From Octopus vulgaris (taxonomy: Eukaryota): 64,000 nucleotides of DNA. Below, in pieces: positions 38,597-53,149 of this stretch. Every line of letters starts with the position of its first letter. Positions within the stretch are counted from its first letter, which is position 1. Position numbers and translations under genes: made by a program. Below the pieces are notes generated by a model. That model made no database searches, was not told the DNA's origin, and saw only the letters and a program-made list of their open reading frames with translations. The stretch is from positions 23,064,001 to 23,128,000 of the forward strand of contig OX597816.1 in NCBI GenBank assembly GCA_951406725.2. The letters run 5' to 3'.

Positions 38597-40529
38597 TTGT
38601 ATGCATGTATGTATATTTGTATGCATGTATGTATGTATGTATCTATGTATGTATGTATGTATGTATGTATGTATGTATGTATGTATAAAAGTATCTTGAT
38701 GCAAGCAGGAAAATACAGTTCAAATTATTATTATATGTATATTTTTATAAATATTTAGCAAAAGGAACAGAGTATCACCAGCTCCGACTACCAAACTAGT
38801 CACAGAATGTAAATATGTTTATTTATGAACAGCCACAGAAACCCACTTGTCTTCGATGTGTAACTAGTTAGATAAGTGCCAAACGCACGAGTCATTCGGA
38901 CTTTGAGTTATTCTGTTACTTTTGCTACATATTAAGATATATTTCTTTCGTTCAAGGCAGGAAACTTTGTATAAGTAATTTTGGTCGATAACTGAGGAAG
39001 GATTAGGTTCTTTGTGTCTCTCCTATGTGTATGTTTTGTAGTATTTAGTGCATTTTTCATTTATGAATAACTGAATGCCACGCATCCCCACTTTTGTGCC
39101 AATATTTAAAACCAATACTCGCTGTGGTGTGTTTCGTGTCTGCTGAATTTTGATCAAATTACAAGCGTTATCAATTTAGTTGCCAAGTGCAAAGAACCTG
39201 ATCATTCTAAGGTTTAACCTACGTCAAAATGAAATTACCGTATTTCAATGCTTAAAAGATGCCCGGGCATAGCAAATTCGGGAAGAGATGTTTTTTTTTA
39301 GTGCACTAGGTCATATAATATAAACCCAACTTCACACGTAGAACCAGAGGCGATTTTTTTTGGTTTTTAAGACATTCTTGAAATGTTATAGGCCATGTAA
39401 TAAGGCATGTTTAAGTAATAAGGCTTTGATGGATGGCGGTATTTGTGTCTGACGTATATTTGAATAGTAGATTTATATTTTTTAAAGCAATTTTGATGGG
39501 CAGTTATTAATGTAGCTAGAGAATCAGCATTTCAAAGAGCCTGTTTTGGATTCAAATATGTAAAGCAGTTATCCAACAGCTTTTGCGGAAAGGCTCCTTA
39601 ATGATATGTAAAGAAACGCACGATAAACCACTTCAGAGAGATATGTATGTATATGTTTCAGCGTGAATACGCTTGTGAGCGTGTGTTTATAATGATGTAC
39701 TCGTGCGCGTTTTTGTGTATGCATGTAAAGCAGTTATCTATGTGAAAATACGTATTTTATAGTTACGTGATCCTGCTAATCTAACGTACTCCATTTTATG
39801 TTAAATCAATTAAGATTTGGAAAATGTTTCTCGTGCTTTTCTTTATCAGATTTGGACGTGAAGCTTATATTAAGATTTCGAAAATGTTTCTCATACTTTT
39901 CTCTGTCACATTTAGACATGAAGCTTATATTTTCTCCGAACAACTAGTAAAATTCTGATAATTAAAAAAATTACATTTCGTACACACGTTTAGTGTGTCA
40001 GTCGTATATAACTCCTTTTGTGGTCCATCGACATAAAGAATGGCAACAGTGTAATCAATATCGTGTTGAGTCCTTTAATAACGAGTATTTCAGGTAATAA
40101 CTCTCGCCTAAATAAGATGTACAATGCACGTAGAGTCGTTGATTTAATTATGTCCCTAATTTTCAGAAGAAATGAGTTCTTATGTGGGAATGTGAGAAAT
40201 CAATGATTGCGCAGAACTCTCAATAAACCGCAAGTAAGAATGAGGTTAAATTAAATAAATTGGTCTCTTGGCCATGAAGACTGCACTAAATCGATGAAGG
40301 AGCACTTACATGTGACCTTTTGATTGATAATTTGTTAGTCTATTAATTAGACTATATACAACAATGCACTACAGTTTATCTCCTTTTATTAGGAGACCTA
40401 CAATTAAGAGTTTATGTTCTGCTATCATGAAAGCTATGCTGTAATAAATATACTATGTTGTCAAGATATTACAATAAGGCCAAATTTATACAACAGGCGT
40501 TTGCTTGTTATGGAGAATGTTCAAAGTAA

Positions 40530-40953
40530 TGGCTTCAAATTTTAGCACAAGGCATGCACCTTGTGGGTAGAGAGTAAGTCGATTACATAGATTGCAAGAA
40601 GGCAGCGAGCTGGCAGAAATGTTAGCGGTATTTCGTCCGTCTTTACGTTCTGAGTTCAAATTCCACCAAGCTCGACTTCACCTTTCATCCTTTCGGGGTC
40701 GATAAATTATGTACCAGTTGCGTATTGGGGTCGATCTACTCGCCTGGACCCTTCCCCAAAAATGTCGAGCCTTGTGCCTCGAGTAGAAAAGATTACATAG
40801 ATTTTAATAATCGACTGGTACTTATTTCGTAAACCCCGGATGGATGAAAAGCAAAGTCGTCATCGGTGGAATTTGAACTCAGAGCATAAAGACGAACGAA
40901 ATGTTGCTAAGCATCTAGCCTAACGTTCTAACAACACTGCCTGCTCGTCGCCT
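40530..40953. mobile_element. SINE family B copies nested in opposite orientations
   Basis: Plus copy ~40600-40790 inside a minus copy. Confidence 0.7.
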
Positions 40954-40964
40954 TGAATGTTCGA

Positions 40965-41131
40965 GGAGTGGCTATGTGGAAAGTAGCTTGCTTACCAGCC
41001 ATATGGTTCCGGGTTCATTCTCATTGCTTTACACCTAGGGCAAGTATCTTCTAGTGTAGCCTCAGGCCGACCAAAGCCATGTGGGTGTATTAGGTAGACG
41101 GAAACTGAAAGAAGCCTGTCGTATATATGTA

Positions 41132-41190
<59 letters not shown>

Positions 41191-41460
41191 ATATCTATCT
41201 ATCTATCTATATATATATACATATATATATATGTACGTGTGTGTATATATTGGTGTGTCTGTGTTTGTTCCCCCACCATCGCTTGTCAACCGATGCTGGT
41301 GTCTTTACGTCTCCATAACTTAGCAGTTCGGCAAAGGAGACCGATAGAATAAGTACTAGGCTTACAAAGAATAAATCCTGGGGTCGATTTGCTCGACTAA
41401 AGGCGGTGCTCCAGCATGGCCGCAGTCAAATGACTGAAACAATTAAAAAAGTAAAAGAGT
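40965..41460 (+). mobile_element. SINE family A with internal (TATC)n
   Basis: Colinear with 12541-12950. Confidence 0.85.
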
Positions 41461-43873
41461 ATTTTTGCTTTGGGTATATAAATATGCAAATTGAATAGAG
41501 ACTAGTTTTTTTATAGATATTAAATCTTCAATATTGAATATGATAACTTCAGATTAGAAACACGGACCATGACCACTGTAGTGTATCGAATCACATATAC
41601 ATTTAGTGACTGCATCATTCGCCTGTTCCATCCTAGTTTGCTGCGCAGTACTGTTTAAAGTAACAAGCAACTGGCAAATTAAGCATTTACGTGTTCCTGC
41701 TCGGGCCTGTGACCATGCTGGGTCACCATCATTGTCTTAAAACGGAGGAAATATTTACAAAGTTTAAAGAAAACAGTTAAGTAATTTCGGAAAAGAAAAT
41801 GGGTAAGGCAGATTAATAGTGTAATAAATATCTTTGTTAACGGATAAGTGGTTTAAGTGCCATGTCCGTATTTCCCTCTCGAATATTGTTTGTATAGAAA
41901 ATGTTGCAGGCATTTCCTAAGGTTCTTATCGATGTTAAATACTTCACAATGTGGTAAACTGACAAAATTGGCGGAGAGATTATTTATTTCCGCTCTCGGT
42001 ACATGTTGATTTTGTAGTTTCTAATCTTCCTGTAGCTAGTAAATTCACAGCAGTAGGTTAGAAGAATTCTTTAAGCCATGGACGAGATGTGTTGGGTTAT
42101 CTGCTCCGACACTTTAAGTAGCAGGGATCGATTCCGTCTCCTTCTTCCGGCGTCATTGTGTGGGGAGACAAGGATTTTACAGACTTGTTAGCAGGCATTA
42201 GCCTTCATTGTGAGAACGGAAAAACGTCGATTAGAGCAATATCTTGATCTCGTCAAAATAAAGGACCCTACAATAAATCGACAAAATCGAAAGGACAAAC
42301 ATTAAAGGTTGGGCATAGATGAACAGACCTTTTTCTGTCTGATCGTTGTGCTTTGAAACGTACGTACAATCAAGGTGCTGGGGAAAATTGATTTTAATTG
42401 GTCCAGTAATCACTAATCGTGCAAACCTATAACTGAATCCATTCCAGTTATGACCACCTCTCCTTTTGTTTGTTTTGAAGATATACCTAGACAGTCAATT
42501 GCTATCAGGTAAAAAGGGTCGTTCTTTGGATTGATAATACTGTATTTTTACTCTGATGATGGAAATTGTTTTAATTAATACTTACTTTAATTAATACTTA
42601 TTAATTGAAGAAATTTCCCTCTTACAGCCATAATAGAATAACATCACATCAACAAATGTATCTGCCTACTTCATGAGCCAAATGTCTTTTATTTACCAGT
42701 ATTATATATTACACACACTCCATATGTCAATTCCCATCTGAATAACATTTAATTTGTTCTGCACAAAATTAAGTTTACTAAGAAAAGATTTTTCTTCTAA
42801 AATTACAAGTATGAAAGAAACTTTCCATTTTAAACCTGATTAAATTTTATACTCAGTTTGGCAATTTTCTTCCTGTTTATGTTTTTGCATCTCCGTTTTG
42901 TTCTTTCTTTCTTTTATTCCAACCTAAAATCTGCAATTTTGTAAATATTTGCGTATTAAGTAAAATTGTGACAGGAAGAGGGAAAATAAAAATCAGGTAA
43001 CTCTTATGTCAAAATTTGCTATAAATACGACTGTTTTATTATTACATTAGCAAGTATTTGGAGTTTGGTATTTTATTTTTGTTTTTTTATTCCGTCATCT
43101 TCCGCTGCTTCCACAAATTTGCATGCAACACATTTTGATTTTATTCGTTTTAATTTTTTCATGGAGATAATGTATTGCAAAATTATGAAACCTATTCACG
43201 TAAACCTTCACAAGAAAAAGAAGTATAATTTTTTGAGAATTTCATATATTAAAAAGTATGCTTAAATTAATCGAAAAAAAAAACAACAATTTATCGTCTC
43301 TGTGTATGTGCGTATTCGTTTATGCACGTGAAATAGTTGGGCGGGGTTTCAGTAAGTTCGAGATGTGTGTAGCTGACGCAATATTAAAGTTTAAAGACAG
43401 TGTTGAAGCTAAAATGAAATTAAACAAACATCTGAGTTCGATCCTTAGATAAATTACTTCTGATTTCTATATTCTCCGACAGAAAAGAATTAGATCTTAA
43501 TAGTTTTATCATTTCTCTGTATATAAAGCTGAAATTGTCTGTATATGGCAGGTTTGGTAGCCTTCGACTAACACTATCTCCTCCGAGACCCTGCGGCGCA
43601 AGTTGACCAAAATTGAAAGTATGATAGAAGGAGGCTTGCTCTTCCCTCCGTAGAAGACAAAATGCAAATCTGACCATGTTAACAGCAAAATTATTTACAT
43701 CAAAAAGGTGCTTTTTTTCTCTGAAAATCCCTATTTTTTACGATTTTTTTTACTTCTGTGTCGCCATTTTCCGGTGTATTTCAACCAGAAAAATGTTTAC
43801 TTAAAGAGAATAACAAGCTACATAATACAAAATTTTTACTTTTCAAAAATTCCAATTCCAAAAGGTCGAAATA

Positions 43874-43903
43874 AACCCGAGCAACGCCGGGCGATACTGC
43901 TAG
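43874..43903 (+). mobile_element. Helitron 3' terminus (5' extent undetermined)
   Basis: AACCCGAGCAACGCCGGGCGATACTGCTAG|T, identical to the 31960 terminus. Confidence 0.8.
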
Positions 43904-44003
43904 TTATACAATTATATTTATCGACATTCTTTACACACAGTCACTTAGATTGGTTTTATATTGAAACCATTTGAGATCATTTGATATTTTAATGTTAACT
44001 ATA

Positions 44004-44176
44004 GGCGCAGGCGTGGCTATGTGGTATGAAATATGCTTTCCAGCCACATGACTCTGGATGCAGCCACACTGGGTGGCACCTTGGAAAAGTGTCTTCTATT
44101 ATGGTCCCAGATCGTATAAAGCCTTGTGATTTCATAGACAAAAATCAAATGTAACCCATCTTGTATGTATATATAT

Positions 44177-44207
<31 letters not shown>

Positions 44208-44400
44208 TTCGCGTGCGTTCGTGCCTGTATGCGTGCGTTTGTGGCTGTTGGTGTATGTGCGCTCTTGTGTCTGTGTCTGTGTCTGTGTTTTCATGTCTGT
44301 GATTGTACCATGCCAACGGGTGACAAACGATTTTGGTGTTTACGTCCCCATAACTTAGCGGTTCGGCAAAAAGAGAGTGATTGAATATGTACTAAACTTC
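44004..44400 (+). mobile_element. SINE family A (diverged)
   Basis: GGCGCAGGCGTGGCTATGTGG head; CGTCCCCATAACTTAGCGGTTCGGCAAAA. Confidence 0.75.
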
Positions 44401-45171
44401 AAACAGAAGAAAATTACAGGTTTCGATGATGATGATAGTAACGATATATAATACATTTTAATGAGGACACACCAACATAAATTGGTTGAGACTTGTCGAG
44501 TCGATCCCCGCGGCTATAGTTCAACTAACATGACAAGAAAAAGGCAATGTTATCCACAGCAGAATATGGTCTCACAATGCAGAGAATCATAACAAAATTA
44601 TCAACGACAAAACCAGTATTAGTTCAAAATGGCAATCTGTCTATCAATGATAAAGCATGTACCGTGATTCAAAGCCTGGTAAACTACCTTCTCAAAACCA
44701 ATGAAGCCGTTTAACTTATTTTGAACGATGTATACGTTTTGAGTATAGTATATGAATCACTATTTAGAACCAACACTGCTTCTGTCGCATATAACGAATT
44801 TTATTCGGCTTGCCAGTTAAGTCGGACTACAGTGATTGTTCGATCACTGTTTTGTTATATCAGTAATGCCTGGTTTTGTTTCAGCATGTGGTTACTTTCT
44901 CTATAAAGAGGCAAGTACACGAATTTAGCAATACTGACAGACAGACAGACAGACTTAGTAGAGCTTTGCAGGGATTGTTCAAGCAATCTGCGTTCTGAGT
45001 TCAAATCCAACGAAGGTCAGCTCAGTTTTACTTATTTCTTCGGTCGATAATTAAATTGCCACTTGAGTGCTAAGGCTAGAAGAAATCAGTTGTGCATGAA
45101 AATGCCTGAGAAACACCATATATCACTCAGTCGGCTCTACGACACTATCAGAATGACAGCTTGACAGGGAA

Positions 45172-45202
<31 letters not shown>

Positions 45203-45259
45203 TTAGTGAATTGAAGAAATGGAGTTGAACGAAGATTGAACAGAAATCCTTTTATTGCA

Positions 45260-45339
45260 TTCTACACGTGTTTCGAAAGCCACAATTTACCAAATTCCGA
45301 TTGAATAAGGAGACCATATTGTGTCTTTCTCTTCAGGAA
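45260..45339 (-). ncRNA. Type I hammerhead ribozyme, intact core, palindromic helix III
   Basis: UUC-CUGAAGA-GAAAGACACAAU...AUUGUGGCUUUC-GAAA-CACGUG-UA-GAA; helix II 11/12 bp; ACACGUGU palindrome; GUA cleavage triplet. Confidence 0.8.
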
Positions 45340-46103
45340 GAAATAGGAATTCCGTTGGCAGAACAAAAACAGAACAGAGGCGCAGCAAAACAAATCGAAC
45401 GAGGAGGCTCCTAAGAGCCCATGGCCAAACTGTTTATCAATGTATGTTGAAATCGGGTGGTGGGTGCGTTGAAGATATTTACAGGTCAGGCAGCAGTCAA
45501 TCCGGTGGGTGAGAGCACGGGGTGCGTAGATGTTCTTTGTGACCGAGACTAAGGTTCTGACTATTTTAAGAATATTAGGTGTATTATATGGGGCGAGACA
45601 AAATCTACTTAGAAACATGTGTGTGTGAACTGTCCTATATGTTCGCGGCCGTAAGTTGGTAAAAAGCGCTACACAATGGTCACTGCTGAAAAATCTGTCA
45701 GGCGGCAGAAAATATTTTATGTGTTCGTGTGTTCATCTAATCATGCTTTGTCAAAAATAGTGACCATTGTGTAGCGCTTTTTACCAACTTACGGCCGCGC
45801 ACATATAGGACAGTTCACACACACATGTTTCTAAGTAGATTTTGCCTCGCCCCATATAATACACCTAATATTCTTAAAATAGTCAGAACCTTAGTCTCGG
45901 TCACAAAGAACACCTACGCACCCCGTGCTCTCACCCACCGGATTGACCGCTGCCTGACCTGTAAATATCTTCAACGCATCCACCACCAGATTTCAACATA
46001 CATTGATAAGCAGTTTGGCCATGGGCTCTTAGGAGCCTCCTCGTTCGATTTGTTTTGCTGCGCCTCTGTCCTGTTTTTGTTCTGCCAACGGAATTCCTAT
46101 TTC

Positions 46104-46183
46104 TTCCTGAAGAGAAAGACACAATATGGTCTCCTTATTCAATCGGAATTTGGTAAATTGTGGCTTTCGAAACAGGTGTAGAA
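46104..46183 (+). ncRNA. Type I hammerhead ribozyme (second arm; helix III CAGGUG variant)
   Basis: CTGAAGA 46107-46113, GAAA 46169-46172, GTA 46178-46180, AATAAA 46187-46192. Confidence 0.75.
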
Positions 46184-46395
46184 TGCAATAAAAGGATTTC
46201 TGTTCAATCTTCGTTCAACTCTATTTCTTCAATTCACTAATAATATTAAAATTCAATTATCCGCACCAACGCACGGTTGCAACACCATATGGTTGTACCT
46301 CCAACCGTGCTTTCTTCTGCTGTGATTTTTGCCACCAAGGTATCGGTTAAACTTTTGATTAATCTGCAACAAGATTATTCATCGTTCTATTTCAC

Positions 46396-46468
<73 letters not shown>

Positions 46469-46489
46469 ATATATATATATATTACTTGT

Positions 46490-46654
46490 TTAAGTTATTA
46501 GACTGCGGCCATGAAGGATTCTTTTTGTCGAACAAGTCGACCACAGTAGCTACTTTTCAAGCTGTTCAATCAGTATTTTTTGTCAAACCGCCTTAAACAC
46601 AACACCGGTTGTCAAGCGGTGGTAAGTGATACATACACAGACACACACACACAC

Positions 46655-46696
<42 letters not shown>

Positions 46697-46945
46697 CTTA
46701 TAAATAAGGGCAGATAAAGAAATTCTTATGCAAAATATGCTGGGAAATAGACTTTAAATCGTCATATAACCACATATAATGCATCACTATATATATATAT
46801 ATATACGACGGGCTTCTTTCAATTTCCATCTACCAAATCCACTTGCATTTGGACGGCCCGCAGCTATAGTAGAAGGTACTTGGTTGGCTAAAATACCACG
46901 CAGTGGGACTGAAACCGGAACCATGTGGTTGGGAGCCAAGTTTCT
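46490..46945 (-). mobile_element. SINE family A fragments (interrupted)
   Basis: CCACGCAGTGGGACTGAAACCGGAACCATGTGG and tail remnants. Confidence 0.6.
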
Positions 46946-47065
46946 TACGACACATACTCGCACACAAAATTATATATATGTATATACGTATGTATATTAG
47001 TTGTGTAATTCTGTTGAACCGTGTATTTATACATACATACATATACATATACACACACACATATA

Positions 47066-48060
47066 TCTTTCGTCCAATCTTTCCATTCAGCCCTCCACTT
47101 CACTTCCACTATCTCCAACACCTCTGTCTCCTTCCTCGACATTTCGGTTAGCATTCTTCACTCCACTCTTACCACCTCCATTCACTACAAACACACAGAC
47201 TCACACTCCTACCTCAACTTCTCTTCCTCCCACCCAGAACACACCAAGCTTTCCATCCCCTATTCCCAATTCCTCCGTCTACGTAGGCTCTGTAGTGACG
47301 ACCATGACTTTGAGACTCAGTCTCAACGTATGGCTCACCACTTCACCCTACGTGGATACCCCCTCACCACTATCCACACCGCCCTTGCCAGAGCACGGTC
47401 CGTGGACCGTGTATCTGCTCTCTCTCCCCGAACCCGCCCTGTAGTCTCCCGCCTCCCTTTTCCCCTCACTTACCACCCCACGACCCTACGTCTCCAACGC
47501 ACCATTCTTCGAGCTTTCCGTCATCTCCAGTCCGACCCGTCCACTTCACACCTCTTCCCTAACCGACCCCTCCCCTCTTTCAAACGAGCCCACAACCTTC
47601 GAGACCTTTTGGTCCATAGCTCCTTCCCTGACCCTACCTCCCAACCCGGCTCGTTCCCCTGCTCCCGCCCACGTTGCCGCACTTGCCCTTACCTCTCCAA
47701 CACCACCCGCCTCACTAGCACCCACCATCGACCCTATCCCATCATCCACTCCTTCACCTGCACCTCCAGCAATATTATCTATTGCATCTCTTGCTCCCTC
47801 TGCAATTCCTTGTACATCGGACAAACGGGACGCCGCTTGGCTGACCGGTTCGCGGAACACCTTCGTGACATCCACCTTGCGAACGACACACCGGTCTCAC
47901 GCCATTTCCGCTCCACCGGTCACTCCTTGCAACACCTATCTGTGTTCGGTTTGTCCTTACACAGAGGCCATCCGGATTCCCGTTTGCGCCGTGAACAGGA
48001 ATTAATCTTCTCTCTTCGCTCTTATACGCCATTTGGTCTCAACTCTCCCCCCTCCTCATC
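47066..48060 (+). pseudogene. Penelope RT C-terminus plus GIY-YIG endonuclease (within ORF 47021-48421)
   Basis: VSFLDI, HYKHTDSHSYLNFSSSHP, SIPYSQFLRLRRLCS, RGYP, CSRPRCRTC, NIIYCISCSLCNSLYIGQTGRRLADRFAEH, RREQELI, PFGLN. Confidence 0.92.
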
Positions 48061-48923
48061 TAACCCCCTCTCCCCCCTCCTCACCTATCCTTTCTCCCCC
48101 CGACCCCTACTTCTTCAGTCCTTCATCCTTTCACCCCTACTCCCCTTCCCTTCTTCCCTCTTTCTCCCTCCCTCTTCCCCTTCCCTCTGCTCCCTCACTC
48201 CCTCTCTCCCCTTCTCTCTCCCCCTCTCCCTCTTTCCTCCTTCATCCCCCTCATCCCCTTCCTTCTCCCCCACCCTCTCCTCTCCCCCCTCTCCTCCCCC
48301 TCTTCTTCCCCTCCCCTTCTCTCCCCCCTCTTCTCCCCCTCCCCTCTCTCCCCCTCCCCCTCTTCTCCTCACTACACCACATGACTTTACACATCACATC
48401 ACATATGATGTGCCATACTAATACACACACCAACTAATACATACTAATACGTACTAATACATACTAGTACATACTAATACTTACACCAACCCTATACATA
48501 CACACGTCCAGACCCGCATACGCACTTATATACTCTCTCACACACACACACAGACACCTATACATACCAATACGTACTAATACATACTAATACATACTAA
48601 TACATACACCAACCCCATACATACGCACGTCCAGACCAATCTTACGCACTAATACTCTCTCATACACACACACACACACACACACATCCTTATACATACT
48701 AATACATACACCAACCCTATACATACACACATCCAGACCCCTCCCACGCACTTTTAGCTGGTCCCTCAACCCTTTTATCAACCCTATTATCTCCCCTTAT
48801 TTCGCTCTCGCGTCTCATGTTTGATCTTTGACCTCTGGCCGAAATCAGATCGCCATGTTGATTCGTTAGCTACTGCACGCATTTTTTTCTCTCCTTCTTT
48901 CTGTGTTTTTCTCTCTCTGTGTA

Positions 48924-48961
48924 TCTTTCTGTTGAAGAGCGTAGGCTCGAAACGTTAAAGA
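48924..48961 (+). ncRNA. Minimal type I hammerhead ribozyme variant (CUGUUGA core)
   Basis: UCUUU-CUGUUGA-A-GAGC-GUAG-GCUC-GAAA-CG-UU-AAAGA; helices I and II pair; AACGUU palindrome. Confidence 0.7.
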
Positions 48962-49794
48962 CTTGTTTTATTTATATTTCCTGAGCGCCATACTAATACA
49001 ATTGTTCGTTTGTTTTCCACCTGCCTTCGTCTTTTGTTTATTTTCATAAAGCCTCCCGTTATATATATATATATATAAATATACGGTTTAAGCAATTGAG
49101 ATTCAAGTGAGTTCTAATGAATATATATATATATTCAATTTATATATGCAATTTGGCATGAATCCATTTGGCATATGTACATGTGTGCTTTCTAAAGGCT
49201 CTTTTTTTTTGTATATATAGGTTTATATATCAATATTACCATTCAACTGTGTATAAATATAGATGTGTGTGTGTGTATTACAAATATGGCTTCTTCCGTA
49301 CGTCTTAGCTTTATCTGTTAGTTGTTAAATTTTAACTACTTATTTCAAATTGAATCAAATTCGTAATCATTTTCCGAAAAAAACATTTAAGGTTTCTCAC
49401 TCACTTTCGCTACTAGGCTTATTATAGTCATAGAATTTCTTTTCTTTTGTACATTTGTGCCTTTGAAAAGAATGCAGTATTATTAAATTACTTGATACTT
49501 ATTTTAGCTATGACAGTAAGGAAATAAATCGTATCTCTATATACTAATTCATTTTTAATCTATACGCTCCCTCTCTCAGAAATTTTGTAAACATTCGCCA
49601 TACCGTGCAACTTTTCTTAAGTTATAATAAACTAAATCTCAATTTAAGCAGTAATTAAACAGTAATTAAGTCAAGAAATTTAGTCAAGCGTAATTAAGTA
49701 AGTGAATACCACTGGAATTTACTAACCATTTCACTCCTTAATGTACTAAACAATATAATACAGTAAATGGCCGATTTAGAAGAGTAAGAGCAAC

Positions 49795-49907
49795 TTATTT
49801 ACATTATTTACATTCGACGGATATTTGTCCTCATCTTGTTTGTTGTTAACACAACGTTTCGGCTGATATGCCCTCAAGCCTTCTTCAGGTGTCTTGTGGA
49901 AATTTCG
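49795..49907 (-). mobile_element. SINE family D tail with an intact minimal hammerhead (49848-49893)
   Basis: GACAC-CUGAAGA-A-GGCU..AGCC-GAAA-CG-UU-GUGUU. Confidence 0.75.
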
Positions 49908-50017
49908 TTGAAAAAGTTGCAAGACGCAACGAAAATTTTAGGACAATAAAAATAAGAAAAAAAGTGGAAATTTTACCGTTCAGTGTGTTACATAAGGCAC
50001 AAAAAGAAAATGACGCA

Positions 50018-51663
<1,646 letters not shown>

Positions 51664-51699
51664 TGTGTGTGTGTTATTATTATTATTATTATTATTATT

Positions 51700-52062
51700 C
51701 AGTAGTTTTATTTTTATAGCGTGCTTTCACTTCACTACCGAGCACAGCTCTGTGTACCTTGGGTATGTGCTGTGATTTGTTGTGATGCTCTGATGGTTAT
51801 TGTATGGAAAGTGTTCTGCGTAGGATGTGTGCAGTGCCTAGTAGTGCAATTTTCTGTATGTTATATGTGTTTGTAAGTCCTGGTGTTTTTGTTATGTATT
51901 TGTCTGAATATTTTTTTATCATGCCTAATGCACCTACTATGATAGGAATTGTTTCTGTTTTCAGATTCCACATTCTAGGTACCTCTATTTCCAGGTCTTT
52001 GTATTTTGAGAGTTTCTCCATTTCTTTTAGAGACACGTTGTCATCAGCCGGTATTGATACAT
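51700..52062 (-). mobile_element. R4/Dong-like 3' fragment
   Basis: EKLSKYKDLEIE...IPIIVGALG...IQKIALLGTAHILRRTL; (TAA)n on both sides. Confidence 0.85.
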
Positions 52063-52064
52063 CA

Positions 52065-52131
<67 letters not shown>

Positions 52132-52199
52132 CATCATCATCATTATTATCATTATTATCATTATTGTTATTATTATTATTATCAATATTATCATTATTA

Positions 52200-52251
<52 letters not shown>

Positions 52252-52267
52252 CATTATTATTACTATT

Positions 52268-52425
52268 GTTCAGGTCACTACTTGGAATCGAACTTAGGAA
52301 TGAGATCCCAGGTTCGAAATTTCCCCAAGACGCCTGAAGAAGACTTGGAGGGCATATCAGCAGAAACTTTGTGTTAACAACAAACAAGGGGAGGACAAAT
52401 ATCCGTCGAATGTAAAGAATGTAAA
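52268..52425 (+). mobile_element. SINE family D copy with inverted head fragment and degenerate HHR
   Basis: Inverted GTTCGATTCCAAGTAGTGACCTGAAC joined to TTAGGAATGAGATCCCAGG...GACGCCTGAAGAAG...CAGCAGAAACTTTGTGTT. Confidence 0.65.
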
Positions 52426-52708
52426 CATCGTATATAATTTCACATCTCTTAACTATAGAACAATAAGAGCAACTGTCTTATAATAGTTTTTGATAGGGCC
52501 AAACACCATGCGTTGTACCTGGTATATGCCGATATACAAGAATGTTTTGCAGGTACCAGCCTTTATGAGCGAGGTAGCTACGTTTAATGACATATTTCGA
52601 ATGGAAGCACCTTTTAATTAGTCTTTACTTTGCAAACTCATTCTGCTATCCGTTTCTGTGATTGACAGAATGAAGTCCCACCAACAGTACACTTCTTAGA
52701 TTTCGGTT

Positions 52709-52936
52709 GAGCTGCCAGAAACGTTAGCACGCCGGGCGAAATTGCGTAGCCGTATTTCGTCTGCCGTTACGTTCTGAGTTCAAATTCCCCCGAGGTCGAC
52801 TTTGCCTTCCATCCTTTCAGGGTCGATTAAATAAGTACCAGTTACGCACTGGGGTCGATATACTCGACTTAATCCGTTTGTCTGTCCTTGTTTATCCTCT
52901 CTGTGTTTAGCCCCTTGTGGGTAGTAAAGAATTAGG
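52709..52936 (+). mobile_element. SINE family B
   Basis: GAGGTCGACTTTGCCTTCCATCCTTTCAGGGTCGAT; tail TAGCCCCTTGTGGGTAGTAAAGAA. Confidence 0.85.
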
Positions 52937-53149
52937 TTATTCTGATGAGATATTTCACGCGTTGATGTTCTGTTGATTAATCGTGCTTGTCTATTTGGTA
53001 AACCTGATGAGTTGAGAGCTATGTAACATATTATATAACTTTGTGTTAATTGTATATATTGCATACCTGACTGTACCATGTTTACGTCATAAAGAAGACT
53101 CGTAATGAAACAATTGTGACACTAGCAGATAAACTGTTCTTTTCTTATT

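Larger units (their letters stand above)
45195..46398. mobile_element. Palindromic non-coding insert (490-bp arms, 74-bp spacer, ~150-bp right tail) in (TA)n; Penelope-like inverted pLTRs
   Basis: 45195-45684 is the reverse complement of 45759-46248 with few mismatches; each arm has an HHR followed by AATAAA. Confidence 0.85.
47066..49040 (+). mobile_element. 5'-truncated Penelope-like retroelement (Neptune-type) ending in (TA)n
   Basis: RT thumb + Zn-finger linker + GIY-YIG ORF, pyrimidine-rich spacer, HHR-bearing terminal repeat at ~48840-49040. Confidence 0.88.

Noticed and set aside
41600-42430. Possible decayed coding sequence (balanced composition)
   Set aside because: No long ORF or motif I can recognise; needs BLASTX
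45262-46181. Duplicated 118-aa ORFs as a gene pair
   Set aside because: They simply mirror the inverted repeat; no recognisable domain, and they overlap the ribozyme
48060-48421. Pro/Ser-rich C-terminal extension of the Penelope ORF
   Set aside because: Read-through into a pyrimidine-rich low-complexity tract after the conserved GLN end
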